The position numbers and the translations under genes are program-made. Positions 1 through 11,989 of a stretch of 64,000 nucleotides of DNA are shown piece by piece. The DNA is from Mobula hypostoma (Eukaryota), in assembly GCF_963921235.1 (NCBI RefSeq), contig NC_086097.1:177880001-177944000 (forward strand), in the 5' to 3' direction. Under the pieces are notes generated by a model that was not told the origin of the DNA, did no database searches, and saw only the letters and a list, made by a program, of their open reading frames with translations. The first letter of the stretch is position 1; each line of letters starts with the position of its first letter.

Positions 1-67
1 TTTGAGAAAGGGTGCCAAACTAACTGAAGTTTTCTTGCACTGTGTGAACTCTGAGGCATTGCCAGTA

Positions 68-726
68 CAGGTTGAGTACACCTTAACCAAAATGCTTGGG
101 GCCGGAAGTGTTTCAGATTTCGGATTTTGTTTTCAGTTTCTTGAATATATAATAAGATAGCTTGGTATCGCCATCATTTCAGACTCTGAATTTCTGTGTG
201 ACCGGTAATCTGTTTTACACTTGTTTATCACACATATGTATTGATGCAGACATAAATTTTCATCGGTGACAATTTTGGCAAATTCATCAATGAATTTCTC
301 TGCTGCTTCATGATTAGCAGGTGCATTATCACCACAAATCTTTATATATTTAATACCATGCCTTTTCTTAAATTTCTGCAAGCGGCCTGCTGAGTATTCA
401 CAATTACCTTCAATTTTCAGTTTGTTGTGAAAGATCTTTGCTTTCATGATCAACAAACTATGCTGACAAATCCACTCTTTCAATACATGATTGAGATTTT
501 CATTTTTTGCTTTATGCAGTGTCTTTATATTTTTCACTAAATTCTGTTCATTACATATAGTATGTGAGGTCATGACTGAGAACTGCCTGTGATGCATAGA
601 GACCTGGACATTGCCTGGGAACCTTCCAAATGACTTGTGGAATTTTCCATTTGTGATGTCATGACCACTCTCAAAATTTTTGGATTTTGGAGGATTTTGG
701 ATTTTGGATAAGGGGTACCCAACATG
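68..726 (-). mobile_element. Tigger/pogo (Tc1-mariner) DNA transposon, internally deleted, with a CENP-B-type HTH transposase remnant
   Basis: TA at 66-67 and 727-728. Left TIR caggttgagtacaccttaacc vs reverse complement of right end catgttgggtaccccttatcc (17/21). ORF 133-597 (-) reads like a Tigger HTH region (KEWI...KAKIFHNKLKI...SAGRLQKFKKRHGIK). Confidence 0.9.
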
Positions 727-1529
727 TAATCAGTTCACACACAACAGCCAAGCATCGCCCTTTTAATACAGCTCTCTGGTTAGTTTACTGTCTGCTTCCA
801 GCAGTATCTGTAGCTGGTGAAGTAACACTTTGATGTGGTTTTGCACCATAAACAATTAATAGTTTAATAAGTGTGTTTAGTTAAGGTTGGGTTTATTGTC
901 ATATGCACAATTAACATATACACACGTGCAATGGAGAAGGCTACTTGCTGCAGTGTCAGATAAGCAGCATAAATTATGCACAATTTTACAAGAAATAAAT
1001 TAGGACAAAATATTGTCAATTTTAATGCAAAGTGGTCATAGTAATGCTAAATTGTGGTGATTAGTGTCCGCACCACTCGGTGTTCTTCAGTTTTATTGAA
1101 GAGAACGCATCTGCCTTTGTGCCTTTACTGTAGCACTGATTTCTAAACCAAGGAATCTCCACAAAGCTTTGGACCCATTAATAATAGAAGATCAATATTT
1201 CCCTTTAGCACTGCTGAAACCATGTTCTTCATTTTTAGAGAATCAATTATTTTATTGCTTCCCTTTTCTCCCAACGCTGTTGGAGGAATGCTTTTCATTT
1301 CTTAAACTATTACTTCATACCTTCATCAACCAAGCAGTTCCTATGCTGTAAAAGTGAAGGACATCAGTTTAGCTGCCACCTCTAAGTAGATGGGTCCCAT
1401 GAGATTGAAGAATGACAGTTTTAGGAAAAAAAACCATCCAGATATTTTGCATTAAATTTTCTAAACTAAATGGCAACAGCAAAGTTATGTGTCCAAAATA
1501 CAAAGGGAGAGTACACAGGAGAGGATCCT

Positions 1530-2212
1530 TAACAGTGCTGATGAAAGTGGGACGTTGGACGTTGGCTGTTTAAGAATACAGTAACCACACAGGTTGATGG
1601 GGTAGTCATTGGCATGCTTGCCTTGATTAGTTAGAGCAATGAACTGGGAAAATTATGTTACAGCCTTAGAAAACTCTGCATAGGCCACATTTAGAGTAAC
1701 GCTTTTGTTTATGGTTGCCTCATTTTGGAAAGATGTGGAGACTTGGAAAAGACGCAGTGGAGATTTACAGGCTGCTATCTAGTTTGGAGGATGTGTACTT
1801 TGGGGAGAAATTGGACAAACTGGGGTTGATTTCTCTGGAGCAATGGAGACTGAAGGCAGATTTGATAGAAGATTATAAAATTCTGTGAGGATAGACAGAC
1901 AACCAGAATTTTTTTCCCAGCTTGAAATGTCTGATACTATAGGTAAGGTGAGAGGGGGAGAAGACAAATGAGGTACATGAGGCAAGTTTCTTTTTACATA
2001 GAGTGGTGGAAAGCACTATTAGGGATGATGGTAGAGGCAGATAGCACAGAAGATTTAAGGACTCTTAAATAGACACATGAATATGTTGAGAATGGAGGAA
2101 TATGGTCAAAGGAAAGGAAGAGTGTAAAATTTATTAGGTGTCAGTCTAATTAGATCAGCACAGCATGATAGATCAAAACGACTGTCCTGCACTGTACTGC
2201 TGGGCATTCTAT
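1530..2212 (+). mobile_element. CR1-type LINE 3' fragment, degenerate
   Basis: Decayed RT C-terminal and 3' UTR motifs (aggccacatttagagta, tttacatagagtggtgg) shared with other CR1 copies in the window. Confidence 0.7.
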
Positions 2213-2484
2213 AACAAACATAAAAGTAAATAAATTGTTCTATTTGTATCAAATAAATCTATTTTAATTTTTGGAAATAAAGTCCACACCTGACCAAATT
2301 CTCCCTACAACTCGATTCCTGGCAATATCCTTGTAAATCTCCTCTGTGTTCTTTCAGTCCACATGAAGGGTCATGCCCTCTAATGTTGACTGTCCATTTC
2401 CCTGCCTGACTCGCTGAGTTCCTCCAGAAGCTTTGTTTTGTGCTTTGTGCTCCAACATCTGCAGTCAATCCATTGTGTCTCCAG

Positions 2485-3600
2485 AATGGATTGTTAGCTG
2501 GCTAAAGGACAGACAGCAGGGATCGAGAGTGGAGGGTGGTTGTTTATAGTGGACGTCTGATGGTGCTCCACAAGGATTAGTGCCAAACCACTATAGTCCA
2601 AAGTTTACATTCAACCTTTAGTCTCTGAAATGAAAAGCACAAATTTGCAGATGATAAATTGGAGGGCTGAAACAGATTACATTAGGATATTAATAAACCT
2701 GCAGTATTAGCAAATAATTGGCGCACTGAAGTTCAACATGTTAAAGGCAAGGCTTTAAAATTTAATTTTAAAATTAAAATTTTCAATTCAACTCAAGTTT
2801 AATTATCATTCAACCAAACATGAATACTCATGACGACAGCTAAATGAGACAGCATTACTTTGGGGCCAAGTTGCAAAACACAGCGCCAACAGTCACGCAC
2901 AACACAAACCACACATAGCACGTAGAAGCTTGAAAGATTCAGCCACTCAATAAAAGAGTCCAAACTTGAGCCATCCAACACTGCAGAAGTCTACAGACAA
3001 CCACAATAATAGAGCTTGTCTTCTGCTGAATGAACACTGTGGGGGTAGACTGACTGAAACCTGGATACCACGCAATAAAATGGAAATGCATGTAATACAT
3101 GTAAATACATGTAAATGTATTTTATCAGAAAGAATAGGGAGCTAATATGGAAGTTGTGAATCTAGGTATGAAAAAAGGGGGGGAAATGGGACTCAGAGCC
3201 CAAATACACCAATTGCTAGAAGATACACCATTTTTTAAAAAAGTAAATCGAATATTGTACTAGGATTTATTCCTGGAGGGATTGCAATGAAAAGTCAGGA
3301 TGTTATGCAAAACAGGTTTTGAATGTCAGTTAGACAACACGCGGAGGACTGCCAACAGTTTTTGTCAGCATATTACAAAAGGATTTGAAGGTACAGAAGA
3401 GGTTGCAGAGGCATTTTGCACCAAAATTACCAGAAATGTGAAGATTTACACATCAGGAAAGGATGAGCAGACTAGGTTTCTTACCACTTGAGAAAAGGCT
3501 AAATGTTAAGATAACACCAGAGATCTTTACATTGATAAAGGAGTCGATACAGAGAAAATGCTTCCATTTCTGAGAAGGAGCTTGAGGTGATCCGTATAGG
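2485..3600 (+). mobile_element. Old CR1-type RT fragments with interspersed insertions
   Basis: tggattgttagctggcta, aaatttgcagatgat (KFADD-like motif), aaaagtcaggatgttatgc. Confidence 0.55.
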
Positions 3601-3889
3601 GCAGTCAAAAAGAAACTCTCAATAGCAAACTGAAATGGATCTTACATTATCCTTGACACGAGGGAAATTGCGGAAGTTGGAATCTGGAGAGAAAAGCAAG
3701 TAGCTGGAGGAACTCAACAAGTCAGGCAGCATGTATGGAGTCAGAGGGATTGTCAATATTTCATGTCAAGATCCTGAATCCAGACTCATTTGGAAGTAGT
3801 TGGGGGAGGAGATAGAACAACCAGAGGGCATAGTGTGTGGAGATGGGGAGATGGAACCAGCTGACGGTGTCATGGTGCATGCTGGCCAC

Positions 3890-4045
3890 GACTGAACCCA
3901 GATGTGGAGGATCAGTAGGCTGTATCACGGTGAGTGCTGGCAAAGACTGAACCCAGATGTGGATATCATGGTGAGCACTGGCAATGACTGAACCCAGATG
4001 TGGATATCATGGTGAGCACTGGCAATGACTGAACCCAGATGTGGA
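3890..4045 (+). repeat. Short tandem repeat with 41-55 bp units
   Basis: Core gactgaacccagatgtgg at 3890, 3945, 3986 and 4027; the two middle 41-bp units are identical. Confidence 0.9.
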
Positions 4046-5394
4046 GGAACAGCAGGCTCTGTCACAGTAAGCACAAGGACTTAACAACTCTAGTTAAGTC
4101 AATGATTAGTATATACTGGTGCTCTAAAAACTCAGAAGCCCAGCCGTCTATGGCACACACACAAGCCTGAAGGACTCGTGACAGAGGGAGAGAACTGCAA
4201 TAGGGTAACAGGACAGGGCAGTGGTTAACAGAAGGAGGGAGAAAGGAGCAGGGAGCATCAGTTACTTGAAGTTGGAAAGTTCAATGTAAACTGCCAATTT
4301 GGTTTATTATTGTCATATGTTCCAATGTATATTGAAATACTTATCTTGCATACCATCCGTACAAATGTTCTTTACCATGTCATAACATTATCTGTGGCTT
4401 GGATTTCCCATATTCTGTTCTGGAGGTTTAAGGTCTCCCAAAACTCTGCTCCCTGTGTCCCAGACTGAAGCATGATAATTTGGCACTATCCTACCTTCTG
4501 TTGGTCTTGTAGTAATCCAAATGAGTTTCTAAGTAGTGTTTAAATGTGATGAGGGTTTCTGCCTCTTCCACACATTCAGCAAGTGAGTACAAAAGACACT
4601 CTGGGTACAAAAACCTCTCCTCTCTCCACATTTTCTGCCAGCAGCTTTATATTTGTGTTCTTTGGTTACTGGTGCTTTTCCCTCCCAGTCTTTCTCTCCT
4701 AGGTTCTCACAACTGCATATGCTGAAAAATATTTTCCTTTAGCTTCCTCCCAAAGGTTTGGTAGATTAGTTGTCCATTGTCAGTTCCACAAACTGTGTAG
4801 GTGAGGGGGATCATACAACAGTACAGCACAGAATGGGCCATCTGGCCTACAATGTCTGTGCTGAACACAATGCAAAATTAAACTAAATTACTTCCGCCTG
4901 CACGACATCCACCTCCATTCCATCCAAACTTGCGAGTCTGTCTGACAGCCCCTTAAACACCTCTGTCGTATCTGCTTCCACCATGTCTTTGGCAGCCTGG
5001 TTCCAGGCACCCAGTACTCTCTGTGTAAAGAAAAATGAGCCACACATCTACTTCAAACTTTCTTCCCTTAAGTACATATGGGAAGTTGGAGGATCTGTGA
5101 GGAGAAGAACTTGAGATTAGTGTAAATGGGTGTTTGTCAATCAGCATGGACTTAGTGCTGGAACATCCACGCTGAGTTACTTGATCGGTGATGGTGCAGA
5201 GAGGGGGAGTTCTGGATGACCTTAAACTTGCATAGCAGAGTGTAGCAGGTACCAAACGCAATGCCTGCCAGTAGCATGAGCCCATCAACTGTGCTGAAGT
5301 TTGAGAGGTGATCCCATTGAAATGTACTTAATATAGTAAACAATACAAGGATAGGAAGAGCTTGGAGGCACGTGGGGAAAACGCTGGCAAATGG

Positions 5395-5800
5395 AACTAA
5401 ACACAACAGATACTGCAGATGCTGGAAATCTTGATCAACACACACAAAATGCTGGAGGAACTCAGCAAGTCAGTCAGTGTCGATGGAAAGGAATAAACAG
5501 TCGATGTTTCAGGCTAAGGCCATTCATCCGGACTGGAAAGGAAGAGGGCAGAAGGCAGAATAGGAATAATGAGTATGTGATAGCAGCCGATAGGTGAGGC
5601 CATGTGAGGGGGAGGAGGTGGGTGGTGGAGAAGGATGAAGTAAGAAGCTGGGAGGGAAAAGGGAAGAGGTAAAGGGCTGAAAAAGAACGAATCTGATAGG
5701 TGACGATAGTGGACCGTGAGAGGAAAGGATGGAAAAGAGGAAACAGAGGGAGATGATGGGCAGGTGCAGAGAAGAGAAGGCACAAGAGGGCAACTGGAAT
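5395..5800 (-). mobile_element. Penelope-like element terminal (pLTR) fragment
   Basis: ctgcagatgctggaaatc...aaaatgctggaggaactcagca...cagtcgatgtttcagg followed by a purine-rich tract, homologous to 8812-9200. Confidence 0.75.
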
Positions 5801-6561
5801 GGGTCAAAGACGAGATGAAACTTCCTCACCCGAAGTGTGAATCTTAGGAATTCTCTCCCCAAGAGGGCTGTGCTCACAGAGTGTAATCAAAACAGGGATT
5901 CATAGATTCCTAAATACTAAGGGAATCGAGAAATATCAAAGGATAGAGAGAACATCCACAGTCTTTTCTCCAAGGTAGCGGAATCTAAAGGTGAGAGGAG
6001 AAAAAGCATCATTGTTCACACAGAGGGTGGAAGGTATATGAAATGATTGCAGAGGAAGTGGTAGAAGTGGATACAATTACAATATTTAAAATGCACTTGG
6101 ACAGGTACTGACATGGATAAGAAAGGTTCAGAGGACTTTGGGCAAAATGTAGGCAAATGAGACTAGCTCAGCTCAGCTTGGACAGGTTGAGCTAAGTGGC
6201 CTTTTTTTGAACTGTGTTACTGTATGATAAGAACGTAAGAAACAGCAGGAGTCGGCCATTTGCTCTGCTATTCAATAAGATCATGGCTGATCTGGCCGTG
6301 GACTCATCTCCACCTACCTGCCTTTTCCCTGTAACCTTTCATTCCCCTGCTATGAAAAAACCTAGCCAACCTTGTCTTAAGTATTACTGAGGTAGCCTCC
6401 ACTGCTTCATTGGGCAAAGAATTCCACAGATTCACCACTCCCTGGGAAAAGCAGTTCCTCCTCATCTCTGTCCTAAATTTACTCCCCCAAATTTTGAGTC
6501 TATGTCCTCTAATTCTAGTCTCACCTACCAGTGGAAACAATTTTCCTGCTTCTATCTTATC

Positions 6562-6737
6562 TCAGCCTCAGCTGTGGCAGTGTGTTTGTGTCCTTGAGCA
6601 AGGCATTTAACCACACATTGCTCTAGTGTCTGTGTGAGGAGTGGCGACCCACACAGACTTCCAATCTGCGCCTTGTAAGGCATGAAAATGCCCGATACAG
6701 TCCTCTCATGGTCTGAGTCAACATTCCCTCCCCTCCC
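6562..6737 (+). mobile_element. 5'-truncated SINE inserted in the CR1
   Basis: gtgtccttgagcaaggcatttaacc SINE-body motif. Flanking ctatcttatc/ctatcctatc (6552-6561, 6738-6747). 3' part matches 61875-61950. Confidence 0.7.
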
Positions 6738-8811
6738 CTATCCTATCCATCCCTTTATAATTTTATATATTTCTATAAGATCTGCCCTCATTCTTCTGAA
6801 TTCTAGAGAGTACAGTCCCAGGCAACTCAATCTCTTCTCATAGTTTAACCCCCTCATCTCTTGAATCAACCTGGTGAACTGCCTTCAAGGCCAGTATATC
6901 TTTCAATTAAGGGGACCAGAACTGCATGCAGTACTCCAGGTGCAGCCTCACCAGTACCCTGTACAGTTGCAGCATAACCTCCCTGCTCTTAAATTCAATC
7001 CCTCTAGCAATGAAGGCCCACATTCCATTTGCCCTCTTGATAGCCTGCTGTACCTGCAAACCAACCTTTGGCAATTCATGCACAAGCATTCCTAAGTCCC
7101 TCTGCACAGCAGTGTGCTGCAATTTTTTACAATTTAAATAGTAATTTGCTTTCATTTTTCCTTCCAAAGTGGATGACCTTGCATTTACCGACATTGTACT
7201 CCATCTGCCAGACCCTTACCCACTCACTTAACCTATCTGTATCTCTCTGTAGACTCTTCATATCTTCTGCACAATTTGCTTTTCCACTCAATTTAATATT
7301 ATCAGCAAACTTACATACACTACACTCGGTTCCCTCTTCCAGATCATTAATGTATATCCTGTACTGTTGTGGGCCCAGCACCACCCCCTGCAGCATGCCA
7401 CTCACTACTGATTGCCAACCAGAGTAATACCCATGTAGCCTAACTCTCTGGTTTCTATTAGTTAACCAATCTTCTATCCATCCATCCACATCACCCCCAA
7501 CTCTATGCATCCTTATCTTATGGATAAGTCTTTTATGTGGCACCTTATTGAAAACCTTCTGGAAATCCAAGTAAATAATGTCCATCTGTTCCCCTCTATC
7601 TATTGCGCTCATTATATCCTCAAAGAACTTCAGTAAATTTGTCAGACAGGACCTGCCTTTACTGAATCTATGCTGTTTCTTCTCATAGAATCCTCGCTGT
7701 TTCTTCTTTAATGATGGCTTCAAGCATTTTCCCAACTACAGATGTTAAACTAACTGGTCTATAGTTACTTGCCTTTGCCTACATCCTTTTTTGAACAGTG
7801 GTGTGACATTTGCCATCTTTCAATCTGCCAGAACCAGCCCAGAGTCCAGAGAATTTTGGTAAATTATCATTAAAGCCTCTACTATAACTTATGCCATTTC
7901 TTTCAGTACCCTGGGATGCATTCCATCAGGACCAGGGGACTTGTTTATCTTTAAGCCCACAAGTTTGCTCAGCAATACCCTTGATCAAGGTCTTCACCTC
8001 CCATCACATCCATAACATCTCTGTTTGGCATGTTGGTCCTGTCCTCCACCATGAAGACTGACACAAAACAGTCATTCAAAGCCTCTGCCATTTCCTCATT
8101 ACTCAATATCAATTTCCCCTTCTCATCTTCCAAAGGACCTATGTTCTTCGTTGCTTTTTAAAGTCTTTACAGTCTTCCAGTTTCCCACTACTCTTGGAGA
8201 CTTTGTATGCACAAGCTTTTAGTTTGATGCCTTCTTTTATATCCTTAGTTATTCAAGACTGGCTCTCCCCACCCTTACTGTCCTTGCTTTTAACTAGAAT
8301 AGACTTTTGTTGAGCACCATGAAAAATCTCTTTGAAAGTCTTCCAATGTTCCTCAACCATCTCACCATATAGTCTGTGTTTCCATTCTATACTAGTCAAG
8401 TCTTCTCTCATCCCATTGTAGTCTCCATTGTCTGGTTAGACTGGTTTTAGATTGAACTATTGCACCCTCCATATGTATGAGAAACTCAGTCATACTGTGA
8501 TCACTCTTTCCAGGAGGATCCCTAACTACAAAATCACTAATTTTACCTGTCTCATTGCAGAGACCAGATGTAAGATAGAACATTCCTTTGTAGATTCAGT
8601 TACATGCTGTTCAAGAAAGCCATCATGGATGCGTTCTATGAAGTTCTTCTCAAGACTACCTCAACCAACTTGATTCACCCAATCTATGTGCAAGTTAAAA
8701 TCCCCCAAAATAACTGCAGTTCCATTCTTATATGCCTCAGATATTTCTCTGTTTATTGCTTGGGCCACTGTAATGTTACTACTCGGTGGCCGATAGACAA
8801 CTCCCAACTGT

Positions 8812-10486
8812 CAACACACATCAAGGTTGCTAGTGAACGCAGCAGGCCAGGCAGCGTCTCTAGGAAGAGGTACAGTCGATGTTTCAGGCCGAGACCCTTC
8901 ATCAGGGCTAACTGAAGGAAGAGTTAGTAAGAGATTTGAGAGGGGGAGGGGGAGATCCAAAATGATAGGAGAAGACAGGAGGGGGAAGGATGGAGCCAAG
9001 AGCTGGACAGGTGATTGGCAAAGGGGATATGAGAGGATCATGGGATAGAAGGCCAGGGAGAAAGACAAGGGGCGGGGAAACAGGATGGGCAAGGGGTATA
9101 GTCAGAGGGACAGAGGGAGAAAAAGGAGAGTGAGAGAAAGAATGTGTGTATAAAAATAAATAACTGATGGGGTATGAGGGGGAGGTGGGGCATTAGGGGG
9201 AGGTGGTGCATTAGCGGAAGTTAGAGAAGTCAATGTTCATGCCATGAGGTTGGAGGCTACACAGACAGAATATAAGGTGTTGTTCCTCCAACCTGAGTGT
9301 GGCTTCATCTTTACAGTAGAGGAGGCCGTGGATAGACATGTCAGAATGGGAATGGGATGTGGAATTAAAATGTGTGGCCACTAGGAGATCCTGCTTTCTC
9401 TGGAGGACAGAGCGTAGGTGTTCAGCAAAGCGGTCTCCCAGTCTGCGTCGGGTCTCGCCAATATATAGAAGGCCACATCGGGAGCACTGGACGCAGTATA
9501 TCACCCCAGCCGACTCACAGGTGAAGTGTCGCCTCACTTGGAAGGACTGTTTGGGGCCCTGAATGGTGGTAAGGGAGGAAGTGTAAGGGCATGTGTAGTA
9601 CTTGTTCTGCTTACAAGGATAAGTGCCAGGAGGGAGATCAGTGGGGAGGGATGGAGGGGACGAATGGACAAGGGAACGCGTAGGGAGCGATCCCTGCGGA
9701 AAGCAGGGGCGGGGGGAGGGAAAGATGTGCTTCGTGGTGGAATCCCGTTGGAGGTGGTGGAAGTTACGGAGAATAATATGTTGGATCCGGAGGCTGGTGG
9801 GGTGGTCGGTGAGGACCAGGGGAACCCTATTCCTAATGGGGTGGTGGGAGGATAGAGTGAGAGCAGATGTGCGTGAAATGGGGGGAGATGCGTTTGAGAG
9901 CAGAGTTGATGGTGAAGGAAGAGAAGCCCCTTTCTTTAAAAAAGGACATCTCCCTCATCCTGGAATGAAAAGCCTCATCCTGAGAGTAGATGTGGCGGAG
10001 ACGGAGGAATTGCGAGAAGGGGATGGCATTTTTGCAAGAGACTGGGTGAGAAGAGGAATAGTCCAGACAGCTGTGAGAGTCAGTAGGCTTATAGTAGACA
10101 TCAGTGGATAAGCTGTCTCCAGAGACAGAGACAGAAAGATCTAGAAAGGGGAGGGAGGTGTCGGAAATGGACCAGGTAAATTTGAGGGCAGGGTGAAAGT
10201 TGGAGGCAAAGTTAATAAAGTCAATGAGTTCTGCATGCGTGCAGGAAGCAGCGCCAATGCAGTCGTCGATGTAGCGAAGGAAAAGTGGGGGACAGATACC
10301 AGAATAGGCACGGAACATAGATTGTTCCACAAAGCCAACAAAAAGACAGGCATAGCTAGGACCCACACGGGTGCCCATAGCTACATCTTTAGTTTGGAGG
10401 AAGTGGGAGGAGCCAAAGGAGAAATTATTAAGAATAAGGACTAATTCCGCTAGATGGAGCAGAGTGGTGGTAGAGGGGAACTGATG
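8812..10486 (-). mobile_element. Penelope-like retroelement (RT C-terminal half, GIY-YIG endonuclease, pLTR), 5'-truncated
   Basis: ORF 9833-10582 carries AMGTRVGPSYA and LRYIDD. ORF 9211-9537 carries VIYCVQCSRCGLLYIGET. TSD aactcccaactgt/aactcccaacagt (8799-8811, 10487-10499). Confidence 0.93.
8874..8909 (-). ncRNA. Minimal type I hammerhead ribozyme motif in PLE pLTR
   Basis: Reverse complement agcc-CTGATGA-a-gggt ctcg gcct-GAAAC-atc-gact; core intact, stems partly decayed. Confidence 0.65.
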
Positions 10487-10740
10487 AACTCCCAACAGTG
10501 ATTTTTTTTTCCCCGGTACTATTCCTATCTCTACCCAGATGGATTCAATACTCTGCTCCTTAGATCTTATATCATCTCTCACTATCGCTCTGATCTTATC
10601 CTTAATTAGGAGTGTTACCCACCTCCCTTACCTTCCTGCCTATCCTTCCGAATCACCTGATATCCCTGGATATTTAATTCCCAATCCTCTCCACCCTGCA
10701 ACCACTTTTCTGTAATGGCCTCTAAATCATACCCTTTTAC

Positions 10741-11490
10741 ACACACAAAATGCTGGTGGAACACAGCAGGCCAGGCAGCATCTATTGGAAGAGGTACAGT
10801 TGACGTTTCGGGCCGAGACCCTTCATCAGGACTAACTGAAAGAAGAGATAGTAAGAGATTTGAAAATGGGAGGGGGAGGGGGAGATCCAAAATGATAGGA
10901 GAAGACAGGAGGGGAGGGATGGAGCCAAGAGCTGGGAAGTTGATTGGCAAAAGGGATACAAGGCTAGATTAGGGAGAGGATCATGGGACAGGAAGCCTGG
11001 GGAGAAAGAAAGGGGGAGGGGAGTCCAGAGGAGGACGGAGAGCAGGCAAGGAGTTATTAGTGAGAGGGACAGAGGAAGAAAAAAGAGAGAGAGAAGAGGG
11101 GGGGGGGAGAAATATTAAATAAATAAATAAGGGCTGGGGTAAGAAGGGGAGGAGGGGCATTAGCAGAAGTTAGAGAAGTCAATGTTCATGCCATCAGGTT
11201 GGAGGCTACCCAGACAGAATATAAGGTGTTCTTCCTCCAGCCCGAGTGTGGCTTCATCTTGACAGTAGAGGAGACCATGGATTGACATAGCAGAGTGGGA
11301 ATGGGATGTGGAATTAAAATGTGTGGCCACTGGGAGATCCTGCTTTCTCTGGCGGACAGAGCGTAGGTGTTCAGCGAAATGGTCTCCCAGCCTGTGTCGG
11401 GTCTCGCCAATATATAGAAGGCCACACCGGGAGCACCGGACGCAATGTGTTGCTTGAATTTCCAGCATCTGCAGATTTCCTCATGTTTGC
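10741..11490 (-). mobile_element. Penelope-like element 3' fragment (GIY-YIG plus pLTR) with inverted terminal piece
   Basis: ORF 11160-11468 CSRCGLLYIGET. 11445-11490 is the reverse complement of the segment that precedes acacacaaaatgctgg in other copies. Confidence 0.9.
10798..10833 (-). ncRNA. Minimal type I hammerhead ribozyme motif
   Basis: Reverse complement agtc-CTGATGA-a-gggt ctcg gccc-GAAACGTC-aact. Intact core, palindromic ACGT stem III, GUC cleavage triplet, one stem I mismatch. Confidence 0.75.
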
Positions 11491-11989
11491 TCTTTATACT
11501 GATTTGTGCCAAGTTCACTGACCTTGTTTTAAATGCTATGGGCATTCTAATAAAGTGCCCTTACACTCATTGTGCCATTAAAATCTTGCAATCTTTTACT
11601 CTTTTGCACTTGACATTTCTTCACTCCACTCTTACTTTTCTCTTTTTTTAATCTTTCGCTTTTTTTTCCACACTTTTCTTTTTTACTTCCCCAGTCTGTT
11701 GAACCCACCCGCCCCCCCCCTTACTATTTAGTTTAACACAACCCTAGTTATGCGATTCACTATGTTCAGGTGGAACTGGTCCCAGTGGAACAGCTCCCTC
11801 CTTCCCCAATACTGGTGCCAATTTTCCAAGAATTCAAACCCACTTCTCCCACACCAATCCTTGAGCCACACTTTTAACTCTCTAATGTTCTTGACCCTAT
11901 GCCAATTTGCATGTGGCTCAGGTGGTAATCCAGAGATTACCACCTTCTTGGTTCTGCTTTTTAATCTATTTATGGCTTGGTCTTAATCC

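Larger units (their letters stand above)
6229..11985 (-). mobile_element. Long CR1 LINE (ORF1 esterase 3' part, ORF2 endonuclease-RT, 3' UTR), interrupted by a SINE and two PLEs
   Basis: ORF pieces: 11728-11943 (SGNH-like ORF1, WLKDWC..GFEFLENW), endonuclease (DLEAITEKWL; ESIWVEI), 7127-7735 (RSCLTNL, YLDFQKVFNKVPH, KFADNIKL), 6907-7194, 6304-6540. Multiple frameshifts and stops. Confidence 0.92.

Noticed and set aside
3890..4045. CRISPR-like spacing of an 18-bp core
   Set aside because: Intervening sequences are near-identical, there are no cas genes and the context is vertebrate; it is an ordinary minisatellite.
9833..10582. 249-aa ORF fusing CR1 endonuclease residues to Penelope RT
   Set aside because: The junction coincides with the insertion TSD and both parents are frameshifted; accidental in-frame join.
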